DNA of 64,000 nucleotides from a virus (taxonomy: Duplodnaviria; Heunggongvirae; Uroviricota; Caudoviricetes), in the IMG/VR virus record IMGVR_UViG_3300046522_000748; one strand, 5' to 3'. Every line of letters starts with the position of its first letter. The first letter of the stretch is position 1. Positions 29,572 to 39,511 of this stretch are shown one piece after another. The notes below the pieces were generated by a model. The model made no database searches. It was given only the letters and a program-made list of their open reading frames with translations, and had not been told where the DNA came from. The position numbers and the translations under genes are program-made.

Positions 29572-30105
29572 TTAGCCCTGGTGCTCGTAGCGGATTTCAC
29601 TTTGCCCGAGACGTTCGGTAGCGATGGTTTGGCCGTTCTCAAAAGCGACTAGTTCGGCTTTCACTAGCCAATCGCCTGAAATCAATGGCCGCAACTTCAA
29701 AAGTCGATTTTCATTCTTCAAGAGTGAAATGCCTTCTTCAAGAGACATCGTTGTGCATTCGTCAGGATCGGTAACGAGTTCATCGTCTTTATTGAAGGCG
29801 ACACTGAAAAACAACGTAAATCCGTAAGCAGTATCGACCATGAGGTAGCAAGTGCTATAAGCGACCTCTGGCTCGATGTTGATAGCGCAAGTCAACCGTT
29901 TGGCTTGCTCCAAGGTCATCGCCTTGTCGAATCCCGGTACTTCAGAACCATCTGCAAGTCGGAACAGTGCCCACGAATGAATGTCGGACACGCGACTCGG
30001 TGTGCCCAGGCAGTCACTCAAGATAGCCACTGGCTTTCCGTTTTGAAGCACGTGGAAGCTGGTCGTGATGGCTCTGTCTGACTTGAGTTGAATAAATTCG
30101 TACAT
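29572..30105 (-). CDS. hypothetical protein, paralog family B
   Basis: MYEF..L...HVL..G.PVAILS...W.LFRL.D...TAYG...GDW.V. Confidence 0.8.
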   Translation of the reverse strand: MYEFIQLKSDRAITTSFHVLQNGKPVAILSDCLGTPSRVSDIHSWALFRLADGSEVPGFDKAMTLEQAKRLTCAINIEPEVAYSTCYLMVDTAYGFTLFFSVAFNKDDELVTDPDECTTMSLEEGISLLKNENRLLKLRPLISGDWLVKAELVAFENGQTIATERLGQSEIRYEHQG

Positions 30106-30154
30106 GCGCGGTTCCTTTGGTCTTTTCGAGCCATTACTGGCTATGACGGTGCCG

Positions 30155-30334
30155 TCAGCGAGTGTTGGTCGGCTTGGTCAGCGCGATAATGTCGCCAAGC
30201 TTGGGCAGTGCGGTTGCGACGGCCATGATCGTCAATACGAACTTCCAGAACACGGCGGGCTCTTGTAGGTAGGAACCGGCGAGCGTCAGGAAGGCCCACT
30301 CAAGGAAAAAGCCGATACCGTCTAGAAAATTCAT
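30155..30334 (-). CDS. small membrane peptide
   Basis: Read by eye: MNFLDGIGFFLEWAFLTL... 59 aa, first ORF after box 30390. Confidence 0.55.
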   Translation of the reverse strand: MNFLDGIGFFLEWAFLTLAGSYLQEPAVFWKFVLTIMAVATALPKLGDIIALTKPTNTR

Positions 30335-30389
30335 TGTGCGCCCTGTGCCGTGCTGTAAATGAGAAAATCATACCCGCGACCACCTCCGC

Positions 30390-30406
30390 TGTCAATATTA
30401 TTGACA
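30390..30406 (-). promoter_or_regulatory. TGTCA-N7-TGACA box / promoter
   Basis: tgtcaatattattgaca; TTGACA-17-TATGAT. Confidence 0.85.
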
Positions 30407-30430
30407 AAAGCAAGGCGAGTAGATTTTGTG

Positions 30431-30724
30431 CTATTCGACAGGGATTTCTAGCAGCTCGGAGCCGAAGTCTACTAGGGTGTTGATGTGGTAGTCGATATTG
30501 AGCACCAGATCTGCCAAGCCGTAATTGAGGTCGGCTCCACAAAGATTCAATTGAAGCTCGTTGTCATGGCAGGTGCCTTGAGGATCGTCCTTTGCAGCTT
30601 GACGCAGAAGGGTCATTTGCTCCCGTGCTACTTGTACTGCTGTTTCTGCTGGATGAAGTCCAACAAAAAACATTTTGGTGAGAACGGTATCGGTCGCTTG
30701 GTCAATCAGTCGCTGACGGTTCAT
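30431..30724 (-). CDS. hypothetical protein
   Basis: 97 aa behind box 30779. Confidence 0.7.
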   Translation of the reverse strand: MNRQRLIDQATDTVLTKMFFVGLHPAETAVQVAREQMTLLRQAAKDDPQGTCHDNELQLNLCGADLNYGLADLVLNIDYHINTLVDFGSELLEIPVE

Positions 30725-30778
30725 GCTCGGTAGCCTTTGCTTAAATAATGCTTAAAGTATAACAACAGCCTGAGCAAT

Positions 30779-30795
30779 TGTCAATTGCAGTGACA
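30779..30795 (-). promoter_or_regulatory. TGTCA-N7-TGACA box / promoter
   Basis: perfect box, identical to 62831-62847; TTGACA-17-TATACT. Confidence 0.85.
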
Positions 30796-30796
30796 T

Positions 30797-31456
30797 TTAT
30801 CCGGCTTTTTTGTCAACTTCCTCAAGGACGGCTGGAAAAATGACTTCCCAGAAATGCTCCCAACCGGGGTTTACTTTTTGTACCATGGGAAGCGGTTCCT
30901 GATTTTTACCGGCGTGGTCTCGATAGGTGATCAGGTATTGCATGATCGAGGATGGTGCGGGCTCCCCTTCTGGGTTACTCATTTGAACCTTGCCTTCTGG
31001 TGTTACCGGGCTGGCCAAAAGAAACAGAAATTCTTCCTCAGTGAAATCGGTTGGAAATTCGTTTTCCAGTGCCTGGGTGATTCTGACGTGGGCTTCATCG
31101 GCATTCTCATCCAGTGCTGATGGATTTTCTTGAAAGAAGATGTAGGCCTGCGTCGTTTCCAGCCTGACGGCGTTAATACTGGAAACAAAGTCCAGGATTT
31201 CAAATTCACACTCCTCTTCAGCTTTTTCACGGAGGATGCTGTGAATTTTTTCATTAAATGAAAGTTGATGCTCGGTGGCCGTCCGCGCCCTGAAGTAGAA
31301 ATTCAACTTCAGAGATGGGGCACGTACATCCAGCGTCACGCAGTCAGTGTTTTCGGAGATATCGATATACGCGGCAACCGAATCTTTTTGGTATTTAATC
31401 GAAAGACGAGCGTATTTAGATACTTCAATGGTGGCGCTGGTGGTCATCACATTCAC
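30797..31456 (-). CDS. hypothetical protein
   Basis: 219 aa acidic ORF. Confidence 0.75.
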   Translation of the reverse strand: MNVMTTSATIEVSKYARLSIKYQKDSVAAYIDISENTDCVTLDVRAPSLKLNFYFRARTATEHQLSFNEKIHSILREKAEEECEFEILDFVSSINAVRLETTQAYIFFQENPSALDENADEAHVRITQALENEFPTDFTEEEFLFLLASPVTPEGKVQMSNPEGEPAPSSIMQYLITYRDHAGKNQEPLPMVQKVNPGWEHFWEVIFPAVLEEVDKKAG

Positions 31457-31641
31457 TCTGATTATTAGTAGGTGGTGTTTTTTCTATTTGGCCGGGCTAA
31501 TACACGTGTTTTCCAGGCGAGCAAAAGCGGCATCCACTGAAGATTGCATCAGAGCACTGAGGTCGATGATGGGCAAACCGTTTCCAGACATGGCTTTTAC
31601 TCGATATTTAATGATGGAAGTATAATGATCTCAATCCTTTT

Positions 31642-31658
31642 TGTCAACCACAATGACT
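31642..31658 (-). promoter_or_regulatory. box variant / promoter
   Basis: tgtca accacaa tgact; TTGACA-17-TATACT. Confidence 0.75.
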
Positions 31659-31779
31659 AAGCGTGACGCTCTGTTCTTGCCGCTGATGTAAAAGGTCGGC
31701 AGGTAATCTCGATTGGCTTTACAGGCATTCAGGACTGAGGTAAAACAGATGGAACGGGCTTCACATCTGATGCAAGGAA

Positions 31780-32223
31780 ATGGACATGCCAGCGAGAACA
31801 CTCCCCTTTTTATGTGCTCAACGTGACATTGAAAATGCGTGTGAATGCCTGGATGATCTATTTAAGGAATTCGGTCACAAGCATTCTTTGCACCCTGATC
31901 AGGCGCTTGATCTTGCTCAGGGATATTTTAACAAGGCGATTGGTTCGCTTGAGCGCTATTCGACCGCAAGCCCTCCGCCGACTGACCGTGGCTTTGCAAT
32001 CAAGCCGACGTGCGTGCGCGATGCTGAAATGGCGGCTCAGGGCTTATTGCGATTGATCGGTGGGCTACAGACGGCAGAAACGCCGCCTCTTAATCTGACT
32101 TCCCATGTGATTCAGGTTATACGCACATTTTTATTATGCAGCTTTCCGGACGTGATTCGCAGTGAGAGACTGGTGGAAGAGCTGCTGTTGGAAAGCAGCC
32201 CGAGTCTACTCAGCAAGGCGTAA
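31780..32223 (+). CDS. hypothetical protein
   Basis: 147 aa, AAGGA RBS. Confidence 0.6.
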   Translation: MDMPARTLPFLCAQRDIENACECLDDLFKEFGHKHSLHPDQALDLAQGYFNKAIGSLERYSTASPPPTDRGFAIKPTCVRDAEMAAQGLLRLIGGLQTAETPPLNLTSHVIQVIRTFLLCSFPDVIRSERLVEELLLESSPSLLSKA

Positions 32224-33151
32224 TGATCGTCCAGTACTGGCCATCGAACACTGCGGCTTGTTTGTGCGTGACGAACAGCAATAGGCCATCGGCATAATCA
32301 AGCGAGCCGCCTCCTTGTGAGCCTTCGAAAGGCAGCTCAACGGCCTTCAGGGCGTCGTGGGTGAGCTTGAAGAGGTTTCCCTGATCGGTACACAGAAAGT
32401 TCGCGCCAAAGGCTGTGGCGATGCCAGTGAAGGTCTCGCGGGTCAGGTTTTGATGAAAGCGACTCACATCGAAGACGTTCGTTAGAATAATTGTGCCTTT
32501 TTCACCGACCACAATGAATTTTTCTTTGTCGATGTTTTTCACTGCATGCAGCCCAACAGTTGTCAGATCATGATCAACGCGACACCAGTTACCATTTCTT
32601 GTGATGGTGGAGCCTATCCACATGGAACCATGCCGACCCGCTGCCAAGAGAAAGCTTTCGGAGCCATCGATATCATTGAATGCGCTGGCGTGTTCGATTT
32701 CGACGGGAAGTCGGCAACGGTTATCGGCCTGTATCCAGGTATCCTCCTCTAGGGCACGCTGGTACACCTGACGACAGGCACCTGTGACGAAGGCCTTGCC
32801 TGCAATAATCTTCAATGCGTTTAGGGGTCTGGTGATGTTCGGCAGACGAATGGAGGTTTCGTGCCGGTCTATCTGCACCTCTTCGCCGCTACTGGTTTCA
32901 AGCACGCCGTTGGTGCCGACAGTAATGAGATATGGCTTGGAATCAAGCTCATAGCTTGCCATTGCGGCCAGTTGGTAATCGGGAAGCCAATGACCCCAAA
33001 GTCGATTGTTGCCTTCTTGACCAAGCGCTTCGAAAACAACTGTTTTGTGAGGCTCGCGATTGGTGCCATCTTCATTTGCGAGGACGCCAGCTATGAAGAT
33101 CTTATCCCTACTGAGTATTGCGCCGTGTGTAAGGCGATACGCGTGGCTCAT
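32210..33151 (-). CDS. beta-propeller repeat protein
   Basis: Repeated hydrophobic-VG..G blades (ITVGTNG, LAAGRHG, IVVGEKG). Confidence 0.7.
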   Translation of the reverse strand: MSHAYRLTHGAILSRDKIFIAGVLANEDGTNREPHKTVVFEALGQEGNNRLWGHWLPDYQLAAMASYELDSKPYLITVGTNGVLETSSGEEVQIDRHETSIRLPNITRPLNALKIIAGKAFVTGACRQVYQRALEEDTWIQADNRCRLPVEIEHASAFNDIDGSESFLLAAGRHGSMWIGSTITRNGNWCRVDHDLTTVGLHAVKNIDKEKFIVVGEKGTIILTNVFDVSRFHQNLTRETFTGIATAFGANFLCTDQGNLFKLTHDALKAVELPFEGSQGGGSLDYADGLLLFVTHKQAAVFDGQYWTIITPC

Positions 33152-33483
33152 GGTTGTTTGATCTCTTTTTCAGAATCCATTGATGCCTCCAGTTTGTCCT
33201 GTTTGGCGCTGTTGTAGACAATCAACGAGATGAAAACCGCATACAACAGAGCCAGCGAACCGCTCAGCACCGTTGACAGGTTGATGGCCTGGAGAAAATC
33301 TGTAACTGCATTGGGGTCAATAAACGTGCATGTTTTATTGTTGATGCATTCCACGACATTTGCCGAAACGATCATTAGGGCAATTAAGAAGCCAATTAAT
33401 CCTGAGATTATCGAGGATATTATCGTTATTGTGATGCTGTAGCTGAGCATGGATTGTTTGGTCTTTAATTCTGCGTACTTCAT
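33148..33483 (-). CDS. two-TM membrane protein
   Basis: Two hydrophobic helices; ATGA-coupled to the propeller gene. Confidence 0.65.
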   Translation of the reverse strand: MKYAELKTKQSMLSYSITITIISSIISGLIGFLIALMIVSANVVECINNKTCTFIDPNAVTDFLQAINLSTVLSGSLALLYAVFISLIVYNSAKQDKLEASMDSEKEIKQP

Positions 33484-33607
33484 GAGTGTCTTACCCTTAT
33501 AAATACAGGCATTGTATAGACTTTATGCTTTATCTTCAATTATACGTAATTGTACACTTTTACATAATCAATGCCGTTGAAAAGCAAGCCGAACACGGCC
33601 TGCCTTC

Positions 33608-34102
33608 TTATTGTTTTTCCGACCAAGCCTTTGTGTCGATCACCGAATTAACGGAACTGATGATTTGATCTTTGTATTTTTCTGGTGTTTCTCGAATTTT
33701 CCCACTGGAGAAGGAGTACAACTCACCATTGATGGTTCGAAAGGCGAATCCATCTCCCGGCTCATTGTCGGTTTTTATGATGAATGTGCCGCCTTTGTAG
33801 GCGCAGATTGAGTTGTCTTTTTCACAGCCAATCACTTCTGTAATGCGCAGTCGATCAGGTTGTGCTCCATTAATTTCATAGGCACTGCTACCAGATTGAT
33901 AGTTGTAATCGATTTCAACCGGAGTGATTTTCTTCAATGATTCCACTTGATCGGTGCTCAAGAGCGATATAATCGAGGAATCACGGAATTTACCATACAT
34001 GTAGTATTCACGATCAATACCAGACGCTTTCACCCAAACCAACCCGGCTGTCATCAGCACTGACAGTGCGCAGGCGCCCCATGCAACATGTTTTATCTTC
34101 AT
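33608..34102 (-). CDS. membrane-anchored or exported protein
   Basis: N-terminal hydrophobic segment. Confidence 0.7.
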   Translation of the reverse strand: MKIKHVAWGACALSVLMTAGLVWVKASGIDREYYMYGKFRDSSIISLLSTDQVESLKKITPVEIDYNYQSGSSAYEINGAQPDRLRITEVIGCEKDNSICAYKGGTFIIKTDNEPGDGFAFRTINGELYSFSSGKIRETPEKYKDQIISSVNSVIDTKAWSEKQ

Positions 34103-34173
34103 AGTCCTTCACTTATATTGTGTTTCTAAAAATTGTATCACACCTGTTTTGAGCCTATTCAAAACTTGTTATA

Positions 34174-34548
34174 TCAATTGTCGAGTTTGTAAGAAACCAT
34201 GGGAAGGTTATTCAGTCTGTTCGTCATGTATTTTGTAAAAGCAATTGCTTGTTCGGCGTCTATGCCTGAAATGTCTCCTTTGAGAACTTCGGCAGACCAC
34301 TGAGCTTCTGCTGTTGCAACAAATTCTTTAAGTGCTTCAGAAAATTTATCGTTCGCAGTTTCAACCGTATCAGCGACTGCAAGGTCGATCAGTACTTGTT
34401 CGCTTGAAAATTTAAATAGACATGCACTGGCACTTGCCCCAATTTCTTTAATATACGCGATTGCATCCATTAACGCGTCGGATAGCCTTGATTCCGGTTT
34501 TCTTGAGAAATAAAATACTCCATCAACCATTTTTACTGTTATGTTCAT
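34174..34548 (-). CDS. hypothetical protein
   Basis: 124 aa, AAGGA RBS, AT-rich. Confidence 0.7.
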   Translation of the reverse strand: MNITVKMVDGVFYFSRKPESRLSDALMDAIAYIKEIGASASACLFKFSSEQVLIDLAVADTVETANDKFSEALKEFVATAEAQWSAEVLKGDISGIDAEQAIAFTKYMTNRLNNLPMVSYKLDN

Positions 34549-34633
34549 TCATATTTTCCTTTAGTGGTTTGCGCTTAAATAAAAAAGCCTGAACAATGAG
34601 AATGTTCAGGCATTATTGATCAGTTTTGGTGAA

Positions 34634-35347
34634 TTAATGACTTTCAACCAATTCGATCCCAGGGATCTCAAATCGATTAACGAATAGCGGATTATTTCTC
34701 GGCCAGTTCACCGACAAGGTGTAACTGGTATTCCCGATTACCTTCATGTATTCGGAATTGACCCGCTCATTAATATCTTCCATATCCAGATATAGGATTG
34801 CAAGGTATCCTGTGTGATTGCCGAAGAATGCTTGTAGCTGGGAGCCACCACCACACAATATCCAGATATCGCCCACATCCAAGTTGACACAGTAGTCGTA
34901 CACCTGCTTGATCTTGTCATGGTGACGTTCAATGATCAGTTCTCGATGCTTAATGCCATGCAACAGGCTGTCTATACGACCCTCTTCCTCAAAGCTGTGA
35001 TCGTGCTCATCAACGCAATAAGGAACACCGTCATGCTCTGCACACATTAGTGATCTCGAAAAGCTGCAACGGCCTTCTGGGACGCTCACCGCCAATCCAT
35101 GCTGAGCGTAGAGTGCGATTCGCTGATCATCAGAGATTTTCGCTTTCTTGTCTTTGAACAGCTGGAGGCCGACAATGATGTCCATTGCGCGCATTTGTTC
35201 ATCGAAAGTCAGGGCTTGAATTTTGTCTCGGTTACCACTGATGAACTCACCAAACAGTCGCCAATCTTCTTGTGTCAGAGAAGTAGCGAATGCCAGGGCC
35301 TCAGGAGAGATATCTTTGTTAATCAGCGACTCTTGTTGACTACCCAT
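34634..35347 (-). CDS. hypothetical protein
   Basis: 237 aa ORF. Confidence 0.75.
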   Translation of the reverse strand: MGSQQESLINKDISPEALAFATSLTQEDWRLFGEFISGNRDKIQALTFDEQMRAMDIIVGLQLFKDKKAKISDDQRIALYAQHGLAVSVPEGRCSFSRSLMCAEHDGVPYCVDEHDHSFEEEGRIDSLLHGIKHRELIIERHHDKIKQVYDYCVNLDVGDIWILCGGGSQLQAFFGNHTGYLAILYLDMEDINERVNSEYMKVIGNTSYTLSVNWPRNNPLFVNRFEIPGIELVESH

Positions 35348-35389
35348 CTGTGTTCTTCCCTTCTTAATGCATTGACCGGCTTTGCCGAA

Positions 35390-35438
35390 GTGGCCAGCGG
35401 GTGGCCAGCGGGTGGCCAGCGGGTGGCCAGCGGGTGGC
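35390..35438. repeat. 11-bp tandem repeat (GTGGCCAGCGG) x4.5
   Basis: Four exact intergenic copies plus GTGGC. Confidence 0.95.
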
Positions 35439-35445
35439 TTGGTGC

Positions 35446-35619
35446 TCAGCCTTCTGCCGGGAGCCCTATGCTGAACTTCAAAATTGATGCCTCCAGATCC
35501 AGCGCCTCTGTTGTTAGCTTAAGCGCATGCTGTCGATCCATCGCTTTTCTTGCTTCTATGCTGATTTCCGTAGATTCCAGTAATTCTGCATCGGTAAACA
35601 TGGCATCACACGGCATCAT
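35446..35619 (-). CDS. hypothetical protein
   Basis: Read by eye, 57 aa, ATGA-coupled to 35616-35846. Confidence 0.5.
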   Translation of the reverse strand: MMPCDAMFTDAELLESTEISIEARKAMDRQHALKLTTEALDLEASILKFSIGLPAEG

Positions 35620-35846
35620 GCGTCGAGGCTACGCAAATAGGGGTGACAGGAAACCATCTCCCTCACTGCCTTTTGCACCACGACGTTATCACGATGGATA
35701 ACCGCTTCGGTATTGTCGGCATAGTCGTTATCACAATTGCTCTGAGTGATTTCTGCAACCGCCTTGATGACTTGATACACCCCGCTGCCTCGCAATAGAT
35801 CGGTAAGCAAGGCAATTTTTTCTGGACTCAGGTTTGATGGCGTCAT
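35616..35846 (-). CDS. hypothetical protein
   Basis: Behind box variant 35898-35914. Confidence 0.65.
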   Translation of the reverse strand: MTPSNLSPEKIALLTDLLRGSGVYQVIKAVAEITQSNCDNDYADNTEAVIHRDNVVVQKAVREMVSCHPYLRSLDA

Positions 35847-35897
35847 GATGAACCTCTAATTAACTTATCTATTAATTATATAGGAGTCATGCCTAAC

Positions 35898-35914
35898 TGT
35901 CAATATCGCTGACT
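35898..35914 (-). promoter_or_regulatory. box variant / promoter
   Basis: tgtca atatcgc tgact; TTGACA-17-TATAAT. Confidence 0.75.
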
Positions 35915-36030
35915 GCAAGAATAGACAACAATCAATTTCTTCGATAATTACTATAGGAAATCATCGCTTAACAATAAGTTAATCACGATAGATAATTATC
36001 ATGAAAACAATAAATCACATAGGATAAAAG

Positions 36031-36147
36031 ATGAAAAAGCTTGTTGTTGTATTGATGTTTGGTTTGTTTGCCACCTCTGCTATGGCTGAGGGCGGCGGTG
36101 ATCGGGTGATTGAGCGCAGTCAGGCGCATTCTGCACAGGTGAAATAA
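36031..36147 (+). CDS. PtrA-N-terminal-type small exported peptide
   Basis: Read by eye: MKKLVVVLMFGLFATSAMAEGGGDRVIERSQAHSAQVK; AMAEGGGDR motif. Confidence 0.7.
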   Translation: MKKLVVVLMFGLFATSAMAEGGGDRVIERSQAHSAQVK

Positions 36148-36184
36148 CCCAGGCGCTGGATTTTGATCGATTATTTGAGATAAC

Positions 36185-36211
36185 AAAAAACCCAGCCGAA
36201 GCTGGGTTTTT
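36185..36211. terminator. bidirectional terminator
   Basis: aaaaaacccagc-cgaa-gctgggttttt. Confidence 0.85.
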
Positions 36212-36272
36212 ATTGACATCTTCTTGAGAGGCTTGCACTATCACTTAACTTAAATGATAATGCTTCTCATCC

Positions 36273-36758
36273 TCAAAAAGGAATGTCGTCGTCGAAACTG
36301 TCAAAATCAGGTGCCGGTTGCGGTGCAGATTGTTGCGGCGCCGACTGCTGCTGTGGTGCGGATTGTTGTGGGCGAGGCGCGGATTGACGCGGGGCGGAAT
36401 TGTCACCTTCAGGGCGACCGCCCAGCAGTTGCAGGGTGCCGTTGATGCTGTCCACCACAATTTCAGTGGTGTAGCGTTTCACGCCGTCTTTTTCCCATTC
36501 GCGGGTTTGCAGCTTGCCTTCCACGTAGATCTGGGAGCCCTTGCGGACGTACTCGCCAGCGATTTCAGCAACTTTGCCGAAAAACGATACGCGGTGCCAT
36601 TCGGTCTTCTCGACCTTCTGGCCACTTTGTTTGTCCGTCCAGGTTTCGCTGGTGGCCAGGGTCAGATTGCAAACGGCATTGCCGTTTGGCATGAAGCGGG
36701 ATTCAGGATCGCCGCCGACGTTACCGACCAGAATTACTTTGTTTACACCGCGTGCCAT
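36273..36758 (-). CDS. ssb: single-stranded DNA-binding protein
   Basis: [13 protein letters not shown]...TEWHRV...FDDDIPF. Confidence 0.97.
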   Translation of the reverse strand: MARGVNKVILVGNVGGDPESRFMPNGNAVCNLTLATSETWTDKQSGQKVEKTEWHRVSFFGKVAEIAGEYVRKGSQIYVEGKLQTREWEKDGVKRYTTEIVVDSINGTLQLLGGRPEGDNSAPRQSAPRPQQSAPQQQSAPQQSAPQPAPDFDSFDDDIPF

Positions 36759-36873
36759 GATGTGATTCCTTTGAGTGCTGTATGTGTGGTTTTGGGTGAT
36801 TCGTTGAATATGATTTATTATATATCCACGCCTGTGTTGCGTCAATATAATTTCGAACTATATTTTATGATTG

Positions 36874-37386
36874 TCAAAATTTCCGTGGAATCCACACGTA
36901 TCGGGAGCTTGGCTTTTCAACGACGGTCACGGAAACCAATTTGTCGCCGTAACCCACTGGCCCCTTTTCGCCTGAAGCATTCATGACGAAATTATTGGCG
37001 TCCTCTCGGGTGAATGTTTTTGCGTAACGCGGATCAGACGTGTAGCCATGCTCTGTCACAAAATGCTCAAAACCAAAAGCCGTTGTGTATTTGATGCGAG
37101 CCACCAGCCCTTTTTTCTCATCCTCTAGCTGTCTGTTGGCATAAATCTCAAGCCGTTCAATGGCTTGGGGAAATGACATCTGCTTTGGGGTGTAGGAAGT
37201 CTCCCAGTCTTTGGGAATGAGGCCGGTTGGCGCCAAGGAGAGATACCAGATCATTGGTGTCTCGGGGTCATCCTGGTCGAGTTTTGACCCCAAGAGGACA
37301 CCGTAGGGCACTGAGAGGTGCTGAATGGCGTATTCAGGCTTGTGGCCGGGGGCGCTATAGCGCTTAGCGGTAAGGGTGGTGTCCAT
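36874..37386 (-). CDS. hypothetical protein, distant member of family B
   Basis: PYGVL...W.L...QA..L...IKYTTAFG. Confidence 0.7.
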   Translation of the reverse strand: MDTTLTAKRYSAPGHKPEYAIQHLSVPYGVLLGSKLDQDDPETPMIWYLSLAPTGLIPKDWETSYTPKQMSFPQAIERLEIYANRQLEDEKKGLVARIKYTTAFGFEHFVTEHGYTSDPRYAKTFTREDANNFVMNASGEKGPVGYGDKLVSVTVVEKPSSRYVWIPRKF

Positions 37387-37453
37387 AAGGCTTCTCTAAT
37401 TCCAATATTATTGGATAATATCACTCCCTTTTCATTGCAACAAGATTATGCCT

Positions 37454-37762
37454 TTATTCTCCTGCCCAGCTCTTTGCTGCTTTTAGCTCTTTTTGGAGGT
37501 GATCGATTTCTTTTTGAAGATCGAGCTGTTCAAGATGGTGCTGGCGTTTTTTCTCCTCCGCAGGAAGGAACATCAGCGTATCCAGGTGAAGGTCGGGCGG
37601 CATCCGGCACAGTGCCTGAATGCAGATTTCCACATGGATAAAGTCTTTGTCTTCTTGAAGCTCTGCGGCTTCGCTTTCAAGCTTCTCGGCCATTTCGCGT
37701 AGCACTTTAGCGGTGCGCCGAATCGCCTCAACAGTGGGGCGGACAATGATTTCTCGGGACAT
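37454..37762 (-). CDS. coiled-coil hypothetical protein
   Basis: Start MSREII. Confidence 0.65.
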   Translation of the reverse strand: MSREIIVRPTVEAIRRTAKVLREMAEKLESEAAELQEDKDFIHVEICIQALCRMPPDLHLDTLMFLPAEEKKRQHHLEQLDLQKEIDHLQKELKAAKSWAGE

Positions 37763-37833
37763 GATCGATCTCTTAAATGGGGTCATAAAGACGCTTACAG
37801 GCCAGTCAATGCTGGCCTGTTGGCGGTGTTAAA

Positions 37834-37998
37834 TTATTCTTCGACGGAGACTTCTTCATCCGCTTCGAATTCGTCGTTCTTCCCCTTCCCTGCCAGCTCG
37901 CCTGAGATCATGATGGCCTCAAAGGCGTTGACTTTTCGAAAGGTTTCTTGGGAGATTACGTCGAAAAACTCCCCGTTGATCGGTACTTCACCAAACAT
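37834..37998 (-). CDS. small acidic protein
   Basis: Read by eye: MFGEVPINGEFFDVISQETF...EEVSVEE. Confidence 0.5.
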   Translation of the reverse strand: MFGEVPINGEFFDVISQETFRKVNAFEAIMISGELAGKGKNDEFEADEEVSVEE

Positions 37999-38211
37999 TA
38001 CTTTTTTCACGATTGCTCCGCCGTTGTGATTAATTGATTTGTGAGATTTTGCTGGTTGATTACGCCGTTTTCTTCACTTGATGGCTTGATTTGGTGTTTC
38101 TAGGAAATTGCTTATTTCCCTAGAGACGCCACTTTGAAAAATGTCCTAATCTGCTGAATATCATAGCAAAAGTCTGGAGGTTTTTGTTGACGATCGTCAT
38201 TGGATTTTGGA

Positions 38212-38238
38212 TGGTGGCCTGTCAGTGACAGGCCACCA
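38212..38238. repeat. perfect 13-bp inverted repeat
   Basis: tggtggcctgtca-g-tgacaggccacca just past a stop codon; possible terminator. Confidence 0.7.
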
Positions 38239-38250
38239 GTGGCCTAGCGC

Positions 38251-38856
38251 TTATTCGCTGTCGCCCACAATCGGCTGGCCGCAGTGGTGGTACATCGCCC
38301 ACCAGTAAATGTTCTCAGCGGTGTCACATTCGCGTTCAGCAAAACTGGCACGCGGATAGAGTGCTCCCAGCTCCTGTTTGGCCACTTCCAGGCTCTTCCA
38401 CAGTTGGCCAGCGGCTGCTACGGTAGAGTCGCCGATGTTCACCAGGGTAATGATTGCCTGATCGTCACGCGGCGTCCTCAGCGTTTCCTGATCCATGCCG
38501 AGCTGCAACATTTCGGTCATCAGATCTTTGAAAGTCGTGCTTTCACTCACGCGGACTTTCGCCAGCTCGACCAGCTCGATTGCGTCTGCGTAAGCCGCAT
38601 GGAACGCCTTGGCTGACTCCAGTTGATCTGAGCCCTTTTCGCGGCCACCACTGCTGTGGGTGATATCGTATTCAAAGAAGCGACCATCGACCTGCGGGCT
38701 TTCAGGGTCATGCGAACTGTATTCCGACTTGAATTCGATGCGCACGGTAATCGCATCATCAGACCAAAAACCGTCTGGACGATATTTGATGTAGATGTTG
38801 CTGTTGTGTTCCGAAGGCTGAGCGGTGATCACACGTTTGAATGGTGCTTGGGCCAT
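38251..38856 (-). CDS. hypothetical protein
   Basis: 201 aa. Confidence 0.75.
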   Translation of the reverse strand: MAQAPFKRVITAQPSEHNSNIYIKYRPDGFWSDDAITVRIEFKSEYSSHDPESPQVDGRFFEYDITHSSGGREKGSDQLESAKAFHAAYADAIELVELAKVRVSESTTFKDLMTEMLQLGMDQETLRTPRDDQAIITLVNIGDSTVAAAGQLWKSLEVAKQELGALYPRASFAERECDTAENIYWWAMYHHCGQPIVGDSE

Positions 38857-38926
38857 GATCTTGATCCTGTTTGATTCGAAAAGTTTGAACTGACGTTAAT
38901 CAGTCCGTTATCGGAATTTTGGATGT

Positions 38927-39511
38927 TTAGAAACCGAAAACATCACCGGAGAGTTTGATTGTCCAGTCACGGCTGCCCTCTTCACCGATGCGTACAGCCT
39001 CGATTTTTTTGAGAGCAATTTCGTCCAGTTGGCTGTCGTAAGTCACACGAGCCAGACTCTGGAATTCAGGTCGCAGGTTTGGCTTCATTCGTTCGACCAA
39101 CTGTTGAGCTTGTGTGCGCAACAGGCTGTCCAGTTCGCCGAAGTTGCTGTCCCAGCAACTGTCGTGATAGGTCTTTTCGAGGTACTGGCCATTGCCGCTG
39201 TGCAGATTTCTCGCCTGATCGTCGCTCCCGATCTGCATCAGGGTGCGAGTGTAGTTCATTGGTCGAACCAGCAAGAGGTTAACCCGCAGCGTGGTGAAGC
39301 CTTCGGTGATCGCTTCATAGATCCCGTCACCTTCTTCACTGTTGTCGCATTTATTGCGGCAAAGGTCAGTCAGATCAGCGTAATCCAGGTGCAGGCTGGC
39401 TCGCGCTTTGAACTTGATCAGCAGGCCGCGATCTTCACCGGAGCCACGGGGCAACATGCAATCCATTGTGGCGCGGGCAATCTGGCGAAGATCAAAATTA
39501 ATAATGCTCAT
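38927..39511 (-). CDS. hypothetical protein
   Basis: 194 aa, ATGA-coupled. Confidence 0.75.
   Translation of the reverse strand: MSIINFDLRQIARATMDCMLPRGSGEDRGLLIKFKARASLHLDYADLTDLCRNKCDNSEEGDGIYEAITEGFTTLRVNLLLVRPMNYTRTLMQIGSDDQARNLHSGNGQYLEKTYHDSCWDSNFGELDSLLRTQAQQLVERMKPNLRPEFQSLARVTYDSQLDEIALKKIEAVRIGEEGSRDWTIKLSGDVFGF

Noticed and set aside
36759-36845. N-terminal extension of SSB
   Set aside because: Canonical MARGVNK start with AAGGA RBS; the promoter lies inside the extension
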